Shown here in pieces: positions 11,956 through 25,096 of a stretch of 64,000 nucleotides of DNA. Source of the stretch: Schizochytrium sp. TIO01. Taxonomy: Eukaryota > Protista > Bigyra: Labyrinthulomycetes. Position 1 is the stretch's first letter, and the number at the start of each line of letters is the position of its first letter. The translations under genes and the position numbers were made by a program. Location: positions 682,001 through 746,000 of the forward strand of contig SMSO01000036.1 of NCBI GenBank assembly GCA_004764695.1. Direction: 5' to 3'. The notes beneath the pieces are model-generated. The model did not search any database and was not told where the DNA came from. It saw only the letters and a list, made by a program, of their open reading frames with translations.

Positions 11956-14900
11956 CGTCTCTGCTGTGTTATATACGCGCGCTGAAGTCTATATATGCGC
12001 GCGCCTCCTTAGCGAGAGCCAGTCACCTCCCCTACAGCGCGAAGGCTTCGGCCTCTTCACCAAAGTGAGACCTCGCCAACCGAAACAGAAGAGGGAGGGC
12101 GGGAAAGGGGCTTCCAGGACAAGCCAGAAGCAGGCGAATGAGTGATTGAAGAAAAGAGATTCGCAGATCAATGAAACTTTGAATCAATCAGCTCGAGTGA
12201 CTGAGAGCTCGGTCGGAAGAGGCAAGAGAGGCAAGAGCGCGCAGCTGCTTGCTTGCTTGCTTCTGCCCTGCCCCGGTCTCGACGACGAGTACGTATATAG
12301 TACGGGGTTTCAATAGATAAAAGCAGCTAATAGCAAGCTGAAGCTACAAACAGAGTTGTTCGTGTTGTTATTATTTGAAAGAGAGATTGATTCTGGATGC
12401 GGCTGCAGTTCGTTAGTTAGGAGTTTAGTTTTCTGCTGCTGTTGCTGCTGCTGCTGATGGTAGTGGTGATAGATAGTAGTGTGGCGCGAGGCCTTGCCAC
12501 CTTTTGCCGACGCCGTCGGCGAGCCGCGGCTGCGGCTCTCTCCCGCACAACGCCGCTGCCGTTGGCGGAGCGAGGAGCGGCGTCAAATTGATGATCGAGG
12601 TCTGCTTTGGCCTCACGCTGCTTTTGCACTCTTTATTACTATTCACCATGGAGGCTTGCGATTCGCCTATATGCGTGTAGTGCAGTCCTAACGAGAAGGT
12701 CTGCTTGGTTCCTCTTTCTCAACTAACAGAAGATGCTCATAAGTAGAATGCTAGCACTATTGAAAAAAACAATCATTAAAAGAAAAGAAAAGAAAAGAAT
12801 AAACAAAAAGTACTGCTATCATTATTACAGATCATTCGAATATTCAAATCCTACTTATGACTTTTTGTAAGCAACCGCGTTTGGTAGTAAAGATCTGGCT
12901 AGAGATGATACCGATAAGATTAGGAGTGTGTTGGAAGAGGTGGAGCCAGGCCTACGCATCTCTAAGCAGGGGATAGGAGGGAGCTGAAAGAAGAATAATC
13001 GATGAGACAGAAGAAGTCAAACTAAATACTGTCATTTGAACTTGATTTTTAACTTTAATTCAAAACAAAAAGAAAGTATACGGAAACGCAAAAAATGAGC
13101 TAGCGCCTACATTTATTATTTCCTTTCTACATTTACAAAAAGAAAAGATCTTGCGGACTGACGAGGCCGACACCCCCAATTGTCTTTGCACGTTTATATG
13201 GTATGAAGAGAAGGTTTTGTTGACCTTCAAGATACCACAACACTTTGAATTTTGCTCAAAAAGCAAAAGAATAGGCCCAGTTAAAACAAAACTAACTACT
13301 CCAAGGGCATTAAAAAATATCGTTAATTCTTTTAAATCTTCAAGATCAAGCCGATCTACTAATGCCGTACGCCATTCGCTAGCTGCTTTAAAAGCTCCCT
13401 TTCCATCATAATTAAAAAGAAAAGAAAAGAGCATTTGTAACATAAAATAAAAATTGAATTTTAAAAGAAGTGGGACCGTAGCCCGCGTCATTAAAATAAT
13501 AAAAAAAGAGTCAAAGGTTAAAAGTTTAAATTATATGTTTAATTTAAAGAAAGCTAACTTGAAATAGACAGGTTAAAAAAAAATAAAAATAAGAAGGAAC
13601 ATTGACTTTGAAAAGTTTTTGTTTGCTGATGTGGATGGATCGATTGTATTAGGCAAAGTGATCCCTCGTGGCTTTTAACCGCAGGTAAACTGAATGGTTC
13701 GATCGGCATCATCGTCACCATGGCAGTTAATTCCATTTTGTTTCGATTGAAACCCCGGAATACACGTCTTATCTGCGTTTGTCGACAAAACAAGCTCGGC
13801 ATGTGAAGCATGCACTTACTTGCCCTCATTTTGAAGACTCATCCTTGTTAATTATCACTAAAGCGACTATCAATAATGATATACTGTGTTCTTTTAACTA
13901 ATTGAAAGGTAATGATAATAATAAGAAGTATAGCAGTTCGCACACCTGCACGGTACCCAATTTGTTTTAAAACACCTAAAGAAAGAAGGTTTTTCTAGGA
14001 GCTTTTGTAGTTTTATGGGATTTTATGTTTAAAGACCATGCGAATGTTTATTTATCGGGGTGGCAGCAAACAAACACACTCTACAATACGTTTCTCTTCC
14101 CCATCCTTTAAAAAATAATACATCAAAATAAGCAGGAAGACGTATTGAACTATTGCATATGTTGACGTAGTTTGAAGATCTATTAAACAACGGTCGATCT
14201 AGACACTTTTTAAAGCCAAACATCGCGAGATCGATTATTCTTTCTATTCTTTATCATAAATAAATGAAGATTCGCTTCTTGAAAATCAAAGTGAAAAGCA
14301 AGGCTGTAAGTGTTTATCGTGAAACTAAAAGAATGAAACTAAACAAGAATAGGAGATCACTAATTTGTCTTAGTGGTGGACGATGCCCTTGTAATAGACG
14401 AGCTTACTTACCTTCTTTTTCTTTCCCTTTAACCATCATCACGATTTTGAGATTACTCTGATATTTAATACGGATGATCAATGTTTGCCACTATATCCTC
14501 GATCTAGGAATGTCTGTATCTCTCAAAGAAGGGGCCTTTTCTTCAAGTTGGTTGTTGCTTAAACCCTTCTTCTTTATCTCCTCGTCTGCTCCTTCCAGGC
14601 CTGCACTACCACGTGCCGTATGAGTTATCTAGTCTCAGTCCAGGCGGCCACTTCCTTGTACTTTTGAAGCCTTTGGTTGAATTCCACTTCGGAAAATAAG
14701 TGATTTCTTCTGGTTTCTTTCTTTTCTTTCATTCGCTTGCTTCTTTTAGGCGAGAGTTCTTTCCCTTTTCATGATGACATACACGCGAACATGTTAATAA
14801 GAATTAAACAAGCTTTACCTAGGAGCGTAGGTACCGATTAAAAATAAAGAATAAAGAATAAAAATATATAATTTAATAACTTGAAGTATTTTTATAGTAT

Positions 14901-15850
14901 AAACTATAGAAAAAAACGAGCAGACGCTTTTCATTTAAAAAAAAATAAAAGAAAGAGAAAAAGGCAGGCACCATGGTAGTAGTCCACAAGAAATAAAAGA
15001 TTAAAATGCTTCGGCGATAATGATGATGATGATGATGATGATGATGCAGTTCAAATAGACCTCTTTTTCTAAAGCAAGCTTGCTTGCCATCAAGCATCTC
15101 CAACCTGCTGCTCTTACGCTTATCTCTACCTGGAGACATCATGCAACCAATTAGACAGACTCGGAAGAGGCCTATCTGCATCGCTTCGTTGTTATCAATC
15201 AACCAAAGTTTAATGCGAGCTTCCAACCCCTACGATTAAGAAACAAGTCGATACAGGTGTAGATCGACTAATCCATCGAGAGGAAAGCCAAGCCAGCCTG
15301 AGTGAATACTAATTGCTTTCGAGGCCTGCACGTCACTAGCGTTGCGCATACATGCACTCTTCTAGTCGGCCTGTCGCGCCTGTCTCATCTAAAAAAAAAA
15401 TACTTTCCGACGGGTCTTAGCCGGGCTATCTGCATCCTACTCCACTGTTTGATATGAGGGGTTGGTGGGTACTAGGTAGGTACCTACGCAAGTAGCTAGC
15501 ATGGCCCTCATTCATTCAGTCCTTGCGGCACTCTTACCAAAGCCTACCCAGTAGATCCTGGCGGCAGGTTCTTACGATTAGCTTTCTGCTTAGTTCCTGT
15601 GCTCTGGAGCTCCTTCTTCGCCAAGCAAGAATCGATGGACGGTCGCCCGAGCCGACGCAGTGGTAGGTAAGTAGATAAGTGTAACTGGACTCCGTTTCCT
15701 TCAATTTTGACTTCCTCCATCTCCTCTGCTCTCCTCCACCCACAATTCTGCGGTCCAACTCACCGCAGACCCAATCTTCACAATCGCATTCCATCTTCTT
15801 CAAGTCATCTTCATCACTCATCGATTCTCCGTCAAAGATAGCTATCACAA

Positions 15851-15913
15851 CATACATACATACATACATACATACATACATACATACATACATACATACA
15901 TACCTACATACAT
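15851..15913. repeat. (CATA)n microsatellite
   Basis: Directly visible. Confidence 0.97.
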
Positions 15914-18900
15914 CATATCTCGCCGTAATACAGAGCAGACGCTAAGCATAGAGATATGACTAGGTACAGGACTATACGGTGGCGCATAGATAAGCTATTC
16001 GCTGTAGCAGTAGTTAGGACCGCCTACGTGCGGCTAGGAGCGGACTCTGGCTACCCTAGAAGAGAGTAGAAAGTGGCACATAGGGAATAATATAGGGGGG
16101 TACTAGCATCATGGAGCGGCAGGACGGTCTCGCTGGACAGACGGGGTGCCGTACGTTCTCTTGGGCAGGGCAAAGCTAGCTGAAAGAAGACTCAGCGGCT
16201 GTCGTTGCCAATCAGAAAAAGGCCCAGCCCTACTTCCATCTCTGCGAGCCTGTGATTTCCTTCGGTCTCACTGGAATCAATTTATAAGGAGCACTTTCGC
16301 GAAGACTAGACCACGATTCACCCGCGCGATGCACCTCATCTCGCCAATTACCCTACTCTGCGTAAGACCACCTACGCGGTGCCTAGCCTGCCTCCCTTTG
16401 AAGACCTCGGAGTTGACAAGCCACAAATCATCACATTTTAGCACACGACAATGGAGAAATCGGTCCCGAAGGGTCATATTTCTGGACGGAGGGGCCTAGC
16501 GAATCCAGTACAAGAGTCTGTCCTTGGTAGCCACTATGCGTGCTTTTAGTTCGAGTTGATTGCCTCTTACCATCGAAAGAATCGTTGGTTTCTACGGCGT
16601 GAAGGGCGGCGCTTTTTAGTGCCTAGCTAGAAGTATAGAGTGTGCCGACTGCCGTTATTCGGGTTGGCACATGGAAGCTCTCGTTCGGCGTGCGTGTGTG
16701 CCTGTGCGTGGCTGGCTGGCTGACCTTCGAGGGTATGGCGCTGAGCCTTGGTCAGCTTTCGCAAGTTCTTCATTCTTCGCCTTGGTTGGTTGGCTGGCCA
16801 GCCACGGAGGAAGATGCAGAAGGAACATCGATGTTTTTTTAAAATTCTGGAGCTTGAGAACGGGACGCTAATGCGGGGTTAGTGGTGCTATGAGAAACGA
16901 GAGAACGCATTGGAAGTAGCTCGAGAGAACGGGGCCTGGGCCCTAAACCAAGCCTAGCTGAGACCCCCCTTAGGTCAAAGTAACTACCAGGTAAATACTC
17001 TATATCTGCTACCTATATGCAGAATCATAGGTAGATAGGTGCCCCCCCTCGACAGTAACAACTTGAAGCGCACTTTACAAATTGTAATCAATTTATTGAT
17101 TCACGAGAATGTAGGTAGGAACTTGCATGAGAACTGGACAGACTATTTCACCTCACAATCGCTGTCCTCATATTAATCACGATCATGCCTACCAGAGGCG
17201 CTCTCAGATTCGGAGGTCTTCACAGAGAAGGTTCTGAGTAAGCAGATTTGTAGGAGACACCAGGAACCGGACAACACTGTCGCTCGCTCAGCAATGTCGG
17301 CAGAGAAATAGATATCATGCAATGGTGTTTTGTAACAAGTTAGCACGCGCTTGATTTGCAGTGCGTGACTTATGTTTATTTCTACGATAGGAGGTACCTA
17401 GGCACCTAGTTAGTAAGTCTTTATTCTTTATTGTTCACATTACAGCCAAGACTCATACAAACTACTAGCCAGTTCTTTAGGCGGGCCTTGTTATACTCCC
17501 GACTCGGAGGGTAAAAGGTGTTAAATGTAATTGCTCTTCTGCAGATCTTCTTGAGCTTGATCGCGCTCACGCTCCTCGCTTTGAACCACTAGGAAAAGCA
17601 CGAAACAAATTGGCAAAAGATCTGCGAGCAAGCAAAGGAGCAATCTACACTAGCACATATGCGAGCCAGCCAGTACCTACCTGAGTAAGAGTCGCATCAA
17701 AGGCGCGGTGGACACGAACCAAGGTGCCTTGAAGCAGGAGCTCAGGTCCTTTTAATTGCTTGCTCGCGAAAGTAAACTAATACAGGCTATTTCAATGCCG
17801 TCCTAGGCCTGCTGGCGATGCTCGTTGATCTCAAGCTTGTCATGCCTGTCTGCTGCGTCTGCTGCGTGCAGTTTAGAGTTTTGAAGTTGGCGCCATCTTG
17901 GATTCCTGACTGACTGTGTATAGTTCTTGTCATGGAGACCGTCCGCCGCTTGTCTTTACTACTTCAATAGATTACTTGTCCTTGCGGAGGAAGAACCAGG
18001 TAATTGCGGAGAAGATCTTCACCCGAAATCGCGAATGGCAAGATATATCAATTCAGCCGCAAGAGCCTCGGCCCTCGGGTCAGGGCACGGACAGCCTCGG
18101 CCCTTTGCAGCATCCATGTGCGAGAAATTGGCCACAGACGGAGAAAAGAACAACGAGGAGCAAGAACCCTGGCGTTTCCTCCGATTGCATTGCTTCCCGT
18201 TTAGTTCTTGGTATCTCACGAATTTCTTGTTATGAATTTACTTGCCTCGCCTGGACAAGCTTGGAATTCTCCGCATTGTTGCCTGCAAGGATTGATTTCT
18301 GAAGAGGAGGTTCACTTCAGTCTCTTGCTGGCTGGCTTACTTACTTGCTGGCTTGCTTGCTTTCTTGCTTTCTTGCTTGCTTGCATGCTTGCTCTCCTGC
18401 TTGCTTGCATGCTTGCATGCTTGCTCTCTAGGACAAGATTGCTGTCGGACGCTACTTCGGCCAAGATCTTGCGTATACATCCTCCACCTTCGCCTCTGCT
18501 GAGATCTTCTCCTGCTTCTGAAAACTTGAGCCGTGTTGAATACATTACATTCTCTCTGCTGCCTCTACTACGCAGCACACGGTTCGAGAGTAACTTTGGT
18601 CGCTTGCCTGAGGGTTAAGATATGAAGTGCGTACCTAGTTTCCATGCATTTTCAGACAAGCTCAACAACTTCGTGAGCAGGAGCGAAGCAAATAACCATG
18701 CGCCGCCTCTTGAAAAAGTTGCAATCTCAACAACAAAGCAAAATCCAGAGCATCTCCTGCACTCATGCATGTCCCTCAGCCCCTTCAGAATTCAAGCTTC
18801 GTCTGCCGCAGAACCTGAAGCACTCTGGTTCCTAGAATCTGCTTGATTTTTATTTTCAAAACACGAAATCGCTAAGCAGGCGCCTGCCTACCTACCTACC

Positions 18901-21900
18901 TACCTATCTACGCAGTAGCAGTCATACTACTTACTACTACCTGCTGTCTACGAGCCAAGAAAGAACCGCATTCAACACTCCAGCAGCCGCACCAAATACA
19001 AATGAGAAAGGCCAACCCGCCCAATCAAAGACGCCTCTCAACTCCTTGAAACCTCGAATGGTTTGGTTGATTTGATCGATTCGATTGTGCATCGTTCGAT
19101 AGGAGTAGTAAATAGCCTCCGGCCACTGAGAGCGATCGAGTGTCTTCTTGAACAATATACCGCTTCCTACGCCTCGTTTCCTGCTGGACCTTTTTACTTT
19201 CTTTCTTTCTTTCTTTCTTTCTCTGCGTTACCGCTCTTCAAATATTCGTCGTCACTAAAAATTCATGTCCTCCTACTACTCCTTTTATAGTCTAGAATAG
19301 TACTTCTAAGGAGGCACCTTCGTCAAACAACTCAGAGTTCAGGACATTGTATTTGTGTCCCTATCTTCCAGTTTCGTTTTCTGGCAGTAGTAATTGTATT
19401 GTCAGCAATGCTTGTGTTAAGGGGGTCTTAGGTACCCGCTAGAGGTAAGTTTTGATCGATTCACCAGATTATGTATAACTAAGAAGATCTATAGTTGTAA
19501 ATTCAAAAAAGTCATTGATTTTAAAATTTGATTTTAGAGTTATATCACATGCATGATATGGGATAAAAAAGAGAAAAGATAGATGGGAAGACGGACGCGC
19601 GGGCGTCCTTTGCGGAGCCTGCTGTCATCTGCAAGGACCCTCTGCATCCTGGCGGGCGGCTTTGGAAGGTACTTTCAGGGAGCGCCTTCAGAGGCAGGAG
19701 TCTTACTCCCTCGCTTGAACTCGCCCGCCTTGCTTTGTCTGCTTTGGTGAAACTGCTGCTAGCTAGCCTTCTCAAGCTTTCCTAAAATCCTAAAACGATA
19801 CGTATCTATCTAGTTAACTAGCTAGGCGGTAAGATTCCTTCTTTCTCCTAAGGCCGACTGAGTGGAGTGCCGGGTTCACCGTCGTTAATTCTATATTTTT
19901 CCTCATTACCCCCCCTATATAATGTAAACAGCTGAAGGCCATGGGGGTATCATGGGCGACCGCACAAGCATCCTCGTTGAGAGATGCCTAGGCAACTCTT
20001 ACTGTATTCATTCTTCTTGCTACTGCTCGAAAGGCAGCTAATTAATGGCGAATGAATGAATGAATGAATGAATGAGTAACCAATCGAAGACTCAACGAGA
20101 GAAGGAATGAATGATTGAACGAAGCGATCATTCATGAATCCTCGCTCTGCTGTTCTTGCCTGTGTGTAATTGGCTGCCTGAGCTTGCGACTAGGCCTGGA
20201 GGTGGTGGTCTACGGCAGAGCACATGAGTGGCGCTGGGCGGCTAGAGGGCGTCGCTGCAGTGCTTGGTGCTTGGTGGCGATAAGATCAGGAAGTCGAGTC
20301 GATGGCAATGCGGAAGGATTCACCGCTTCAAGCCACTTGGAATTGGCCTTGAGAATAAAAGAAGAAGAAAGAAAGGAAGAAAGGAAGAAAGAAAGAAAGA
20401 AAGAAAGACTATGATCTTGGCTATAGCCTTTTCAATTCTGTTTTTAAAATAAAAAAGAAGTTAGGCTCTTTTTGTTAAAATAAAATAAAATAATAATAGA
20501 ATATAATGTTTCGTTTTGTTTTGTTTTGTTTTTGTTATGCCCCTTTATTTAATTAAAAGTTTAAAGCCAGGCTGTATGAATGTACCAAGTCTCTCATCTA
20601 GCGAGGTAAAAAAAACTGTTTTAAAGAGGTACCGATAGGTAGTACCTTTTTTAAATCAAGCTAAGGAAGGCAACAAAGTTTAAAAATAATATATATTTAA
20701 AATGATAAAACAAGAGAACCATCGGGGCTTTTTTACTTCTAATAGTAGGTATATATATGTACGTATAAAGGTAAACATTGTTTAAACTTGTTCGAGACGC
20801 TGTGAATGTAAATATTTGAAGTAAGTAATCAATCAATCAGAGGCTTCAAATGAGCAATGAAGGGTAGATAGATAGATGAGACGAGAGAGACGCCTAATAG
20901 GCAGTGGTGAAAAGAACTTTCATGGTGCCCCGAAATCAAAGAAGGAGAAGAAGTATGATCTACGCTACTGCTCTACAGAGAAGGAGCACGGAAGCAAAGA
21001 AGAAGAAGAAGAAGAAGAAGACTTGACAAGAAAAGAGCGTTTTACTCAACTGCCTGTCGCTCAGTCCATTCTCTGCGTTCTAATTACCAAATTGCAAGCT
21101 ACTGAGTACAAAAAGTTAAATACTACAATCACTCCATAGGATTCAAGCTAACCATCAGCCCGCCGGCATTAGCGACACATATTATCCGTCCTGGTCCGAA
21201 TGCTTTTTGCTGCCTGAGTAGGGAAGACTCTATTTTCTGTTCCATTCCAACTCGTATTCACAGCGGGTTTGGAGGGAACAGGTACTTAGGCTTCGAGTTC
21301 CATTTGGCGGCTGACGCCTCCGCCCACAAACCGTTTTTTTTCAAGGAGCATGGGGAGCATGGGCTAAAGTTTGGGAGTTTGTGACCGTGCTCTTGCCCAC
21401 GTGGCAGGGGCAGCTTGGTTCATAGGAGATCAGCACTTCTACGACCTGCATTCATTCATTCATTCATTCATTCATTCTATTTTTTTGAATAAAAATAAAC
21501 AGATCACTGAAATACTGGAATTGAATTAAATAAAGCATTCGAATTCCATTAATTATTAAATAAAAAAAGAAAGTGATGAATTAATGAATAGCTTTTTATA
21601 TATATTTGTTTTTAATTAATTAAAACATGAAAAAGTAATGTTTGCTTCAATTGCTCATTGTCGATTTAAATAAAGTATATTTTTTAATAATTAAAATAAA
21701 TCCCTCCTCTGTGCTGTACTTGCTGATGGAAATGAAAGCTGCTTTCAAGCTGTGTGGCCGTAGTACATAGAAGTCGCTCCTCAATTTTGCAATTTTGTCT
21801 GCGGAGCACGAAACCTCTCAATCCTCCTCGTCGCCTTGGAGCTCGTGATGTGTTTGCGCTCCTTCCCGCTGTCATCTCAATTCAAAGAAGCACGACACAA

Positions 21901-22901
21901 AGCATACGAGGTTAGCTCTGTGCGCAGCGTATGATCCGCATCCCACAAATTTAGACATACTCGCTCGACCCTCAAGAAAGAAAGTAATGATCGACGGTGT
22001 TCATATTTGCTTCTTCTTCTGCTTCTGCTTCTGCTTCCTCGAGGTAATTCTGTCTGCCTGCCCAATCAATTCGACGCGACTGATTGAGATTCCCGTTGCC
22101 AACTCCTCTGCCACAACGGTGGTTTTTTTGAAAGTGATGGACGCAGCATCATTGATCCCTTCGGCGATCAAACTGCTTTCTTTTCCTTCGCTCCCCTTCT
22201 CTTCTCTTTCAATCGCACCGATCGAAGGGACACCCTCCTCGCTTCTCTTCTCTTCTCGTGGATCTTCTTCTACTGCTTTTAAAAAGAGAAGAACAGAAAA
22301 GAAAGAAAGAAAGAAAGAAAGAAGGTCTAGCTAGCTAGTACTGCCGCTTACTCACCTGATAGCTGGCTAGCTAGCTAGGTCCCTGTGAATGTGGAAAGAA
22401 AGGAAGCTAATCTGGAAGTTCGTGGCGAGGGCAAGCTTCATTTTTGTACATTTCCGAAGCAGGGCCTAGTAATAAAATACCAAGGCCTTTAGCGAAATGG
22501 GACTTTTGGACGGATCACAATGGACGATGGTGTACCTGCACTGTAGCCGTCGCTCACCTTTCCCATGAGAGAGCAGATGAAGAATGCTGCTGGGGAGCCA
22601 GCAGGGGCTCGATGAAAGACACGCGATCTCGCCTTGACCATGGCTTGGCCTCAATGGGTCGATCGATTTATCAATCCAGCAATCCTACTCGCTCACTCGA
22701 TCGACCTCTTTCTTGCCAACTTACTGTAGCTCGGTACCACCAACTTTTAAAGCCTTCTCGTTATCACTGGTCAACTTAGTACTTTTATTTACTAAAATAG
22801 AATTTGTTCAACGAAAGTAAACAAACCTATACTAGCGTGTACACTAAAAGAAAAGAAGAAAACAATTTTATGTCTCGGCGCAAGTCGAATAGCTAAATCC
22901 T

Positions 22902-22972
22902 AAGAAAGAAAGAAAGAAAGAAAAGAAAAGAAAAGAAAAGAAATGAAAAGAAAAGAAAAGAAAAGAAAAGAA
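22902..22972. repeat. (AAAG)n/(AAAAG)n microsatellite
   Basis: Directly visible. Confidence 0.96.
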
Positions 22973-23255
22973 GGAAGGCGAGTCGTCGTTATTTCGGATT
23001 GATTGATTGTTCACGAGATCTAATCCTCGTTGAGATCAAGTTGTGTCATCATCCTCGTACCAGGTAACAGTAGTGTTAGTGCGGTGCGCAAGCAATCGCC
23101 TTCGTCGACAGAGAGCATTCAACATACATACATACTGAGGCTGCCTTTTCTAGCTTCACCTGACAGTCAGTATTCATTGGGAACCTGACTCTTCTTCTCC
23201 TTGGGCCAATCGTTTTCGAGCACGTATTCGTCCCTCCCTAACAGTCAGTCAGGCA

Positions 23256-23349
23256 GTAAGTCAATAAGTAAGTAAGTAAGTCAATAAGTAAGTAAGTAAG
23301 TAAGTAAGTAAATAAATAAATAAGTAAATTAGTCAGTAAGTCAGTAAGT
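23256..23349. repeat. Imperfect (GTAA)n/(TAAA)n microsatellite
   Basis: Directly visible. Confidence 0.93.
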
Positions 23350-24115
23350 TCCTCGACGAAGAAGAATGAGGCCTGAGTCTTCGGATCGACCCGCACGCAT
23401 TCTTGTAGGAATGAGACTGGTTTGGCGCTGTGGTTATAAGCCTCCTTCGAAAGAAGCGTGGATATAGCGGAGAACGCGTATCGAAGGCAGGCGTGCCTAG
23501 GTAGGGGTAGCGGCTTGGGCTGTTCTACGTGGTGCTGTGAAGGCTTTCCAGACCCGCCTCAACTGTAAGGGAAAGCTGGGAACCTGAACAGGCGGAGGAA
23601 GAGAGACCAAACCAATCAAATGACTTCGCGGAGAGGGGAAATCCGATCCGTTCTGATTCGTCCATTCGCTGAGAAATGGCTTTCAAGGAGAGGTGCAATC
23701 CGACCACTTCCATACTTGTTCGGCAGAAGCCCGCACACAACGCAGGTGTCATCAGCTCCAGGCTTGTTTATTGCTTGCTCATTGCTTGCTCATTGGAATC
23801 GCGGGGGCTTGAGATCTATTTTCGCATGATCATGGAGCTTGGTTTGTTCAAGGAGTTATCTCCTGGATTGTTTTGAAACTATCTTTCTGGAGACGTTAAA
23901 TCAAGATTGTTTGTTTGTTTGTTGGTTTGTTTGGTTTGTTTGTTGGGTACAAACTGTTAGGATGATGACGCCCTTTGGCTGCGCCAGTACTTGCAAGTAG
24001 TGCTCAAGTCGCGAATGGAGACGCAAATGACACGAGTGGTTGAAAGTGAAGTAGGGTGGCTGAGGATCGCTGATGCATGCATACATCATGGGTCGTTACA
24101 GGAGGTCTCGACTCG

Positions 24116-24203
24116 CATCATCATCTTCATCATCATCATCTTCATCATCATCATCTTCATCATCATCATCTTCATCATCATCATCTTCATCATTATCTTC
24201 ATC
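24116..24203. repeat. (CAT)n repeat with 15-bp higher-order unit ATCATCATCATCTTC
   Basis: Directly visible. Confidence 0.95.
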
Positions 24204-24966
24204 CTCACCACAAACAAAGAAGCAAAGAAGCAAAGAAATCGATCAATTCTTGAATCCTTCCGATTGGGATTCGTTACGAACGAACTACTCGATTCGAAAC
24301 CTCAACTCGAATCGATTTAAACTCAACCCATTCCATTACATTCAATTCCATTCAATTTAGGTCAAGTTTACGCGGTTGAAAGACACGCAACTCATTCATA
24401 GGTCAGTATGGAGAAATCGTGAGAGGTCCTCGACTCATCATCACTCCTCCGCCGGCGCCCAGGACCTGAGAACTCTTCGAGACCGTCTCAAAGCGAGAAC
24501 GGACCACCAACAAACATCGCTTCTTCCTCCGTCTCAGACGCATGCAGTTCTACGCAACGCCAGCGCCAACAGCACTCTCAGCAGACGCGACAAAGGACAG
24601 ACCAGAAACAAAACAAGCAAAACAAAACAAACAGATACGCCAACAATAAGACGCGCGTCCATCAAAGATAACCGGACTTTTCAAACAGCGTCAGCTTCTT
24701 CGAAGCCTGAGGAAAACAAAAATCAAAAGCAAACAAAACAAACTAAGAAAAAGGAAGACAGAGAAGAGAAAGCACACATGCTGTCCCACACACGAAAACA
24801 GCCACCAGCAGAGAGGAACAGAACAGAACAAGCAGCTAGTGGTAGATAGCCGACTGCTAGGCGATCCTGCCAGGAGTGGTTTTTGGAAAGAAGATGGCAG
24901 AAGTGAAAGACAGCGCCGCACGAATGTGAGAGCGCCGCCGCGCTCGCTGCTTCCTGGTGCGTACTA

Positions 24967-25022
<56 letters not shown>

Positions 25023-25096
25023 GTAAGTAAGTAAGTAAGTAAATAAGTATGTATCTAAGTAAGTAAGTGAGTAAGTAAGTAAGTAAGTGAGTGAGT
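24967..25096. repeat. Compound (CTAT)n + (GTAA/GTGA)n microsatellite
   Basis: Directly visible. Confidence 0.95.

Noticed and set aside
15498-15508. TAGCATGGCCC, matching U6 snRNA
   Set aside because: No ACAGAGA box upstream and no further similarity.
24400-24445. Minus-strand GTGATGA...CTGA possible C/D snoRNA
   Set aside because: Only ~42 nt, no convincing terminal stem and no recognisable rRNA guide.
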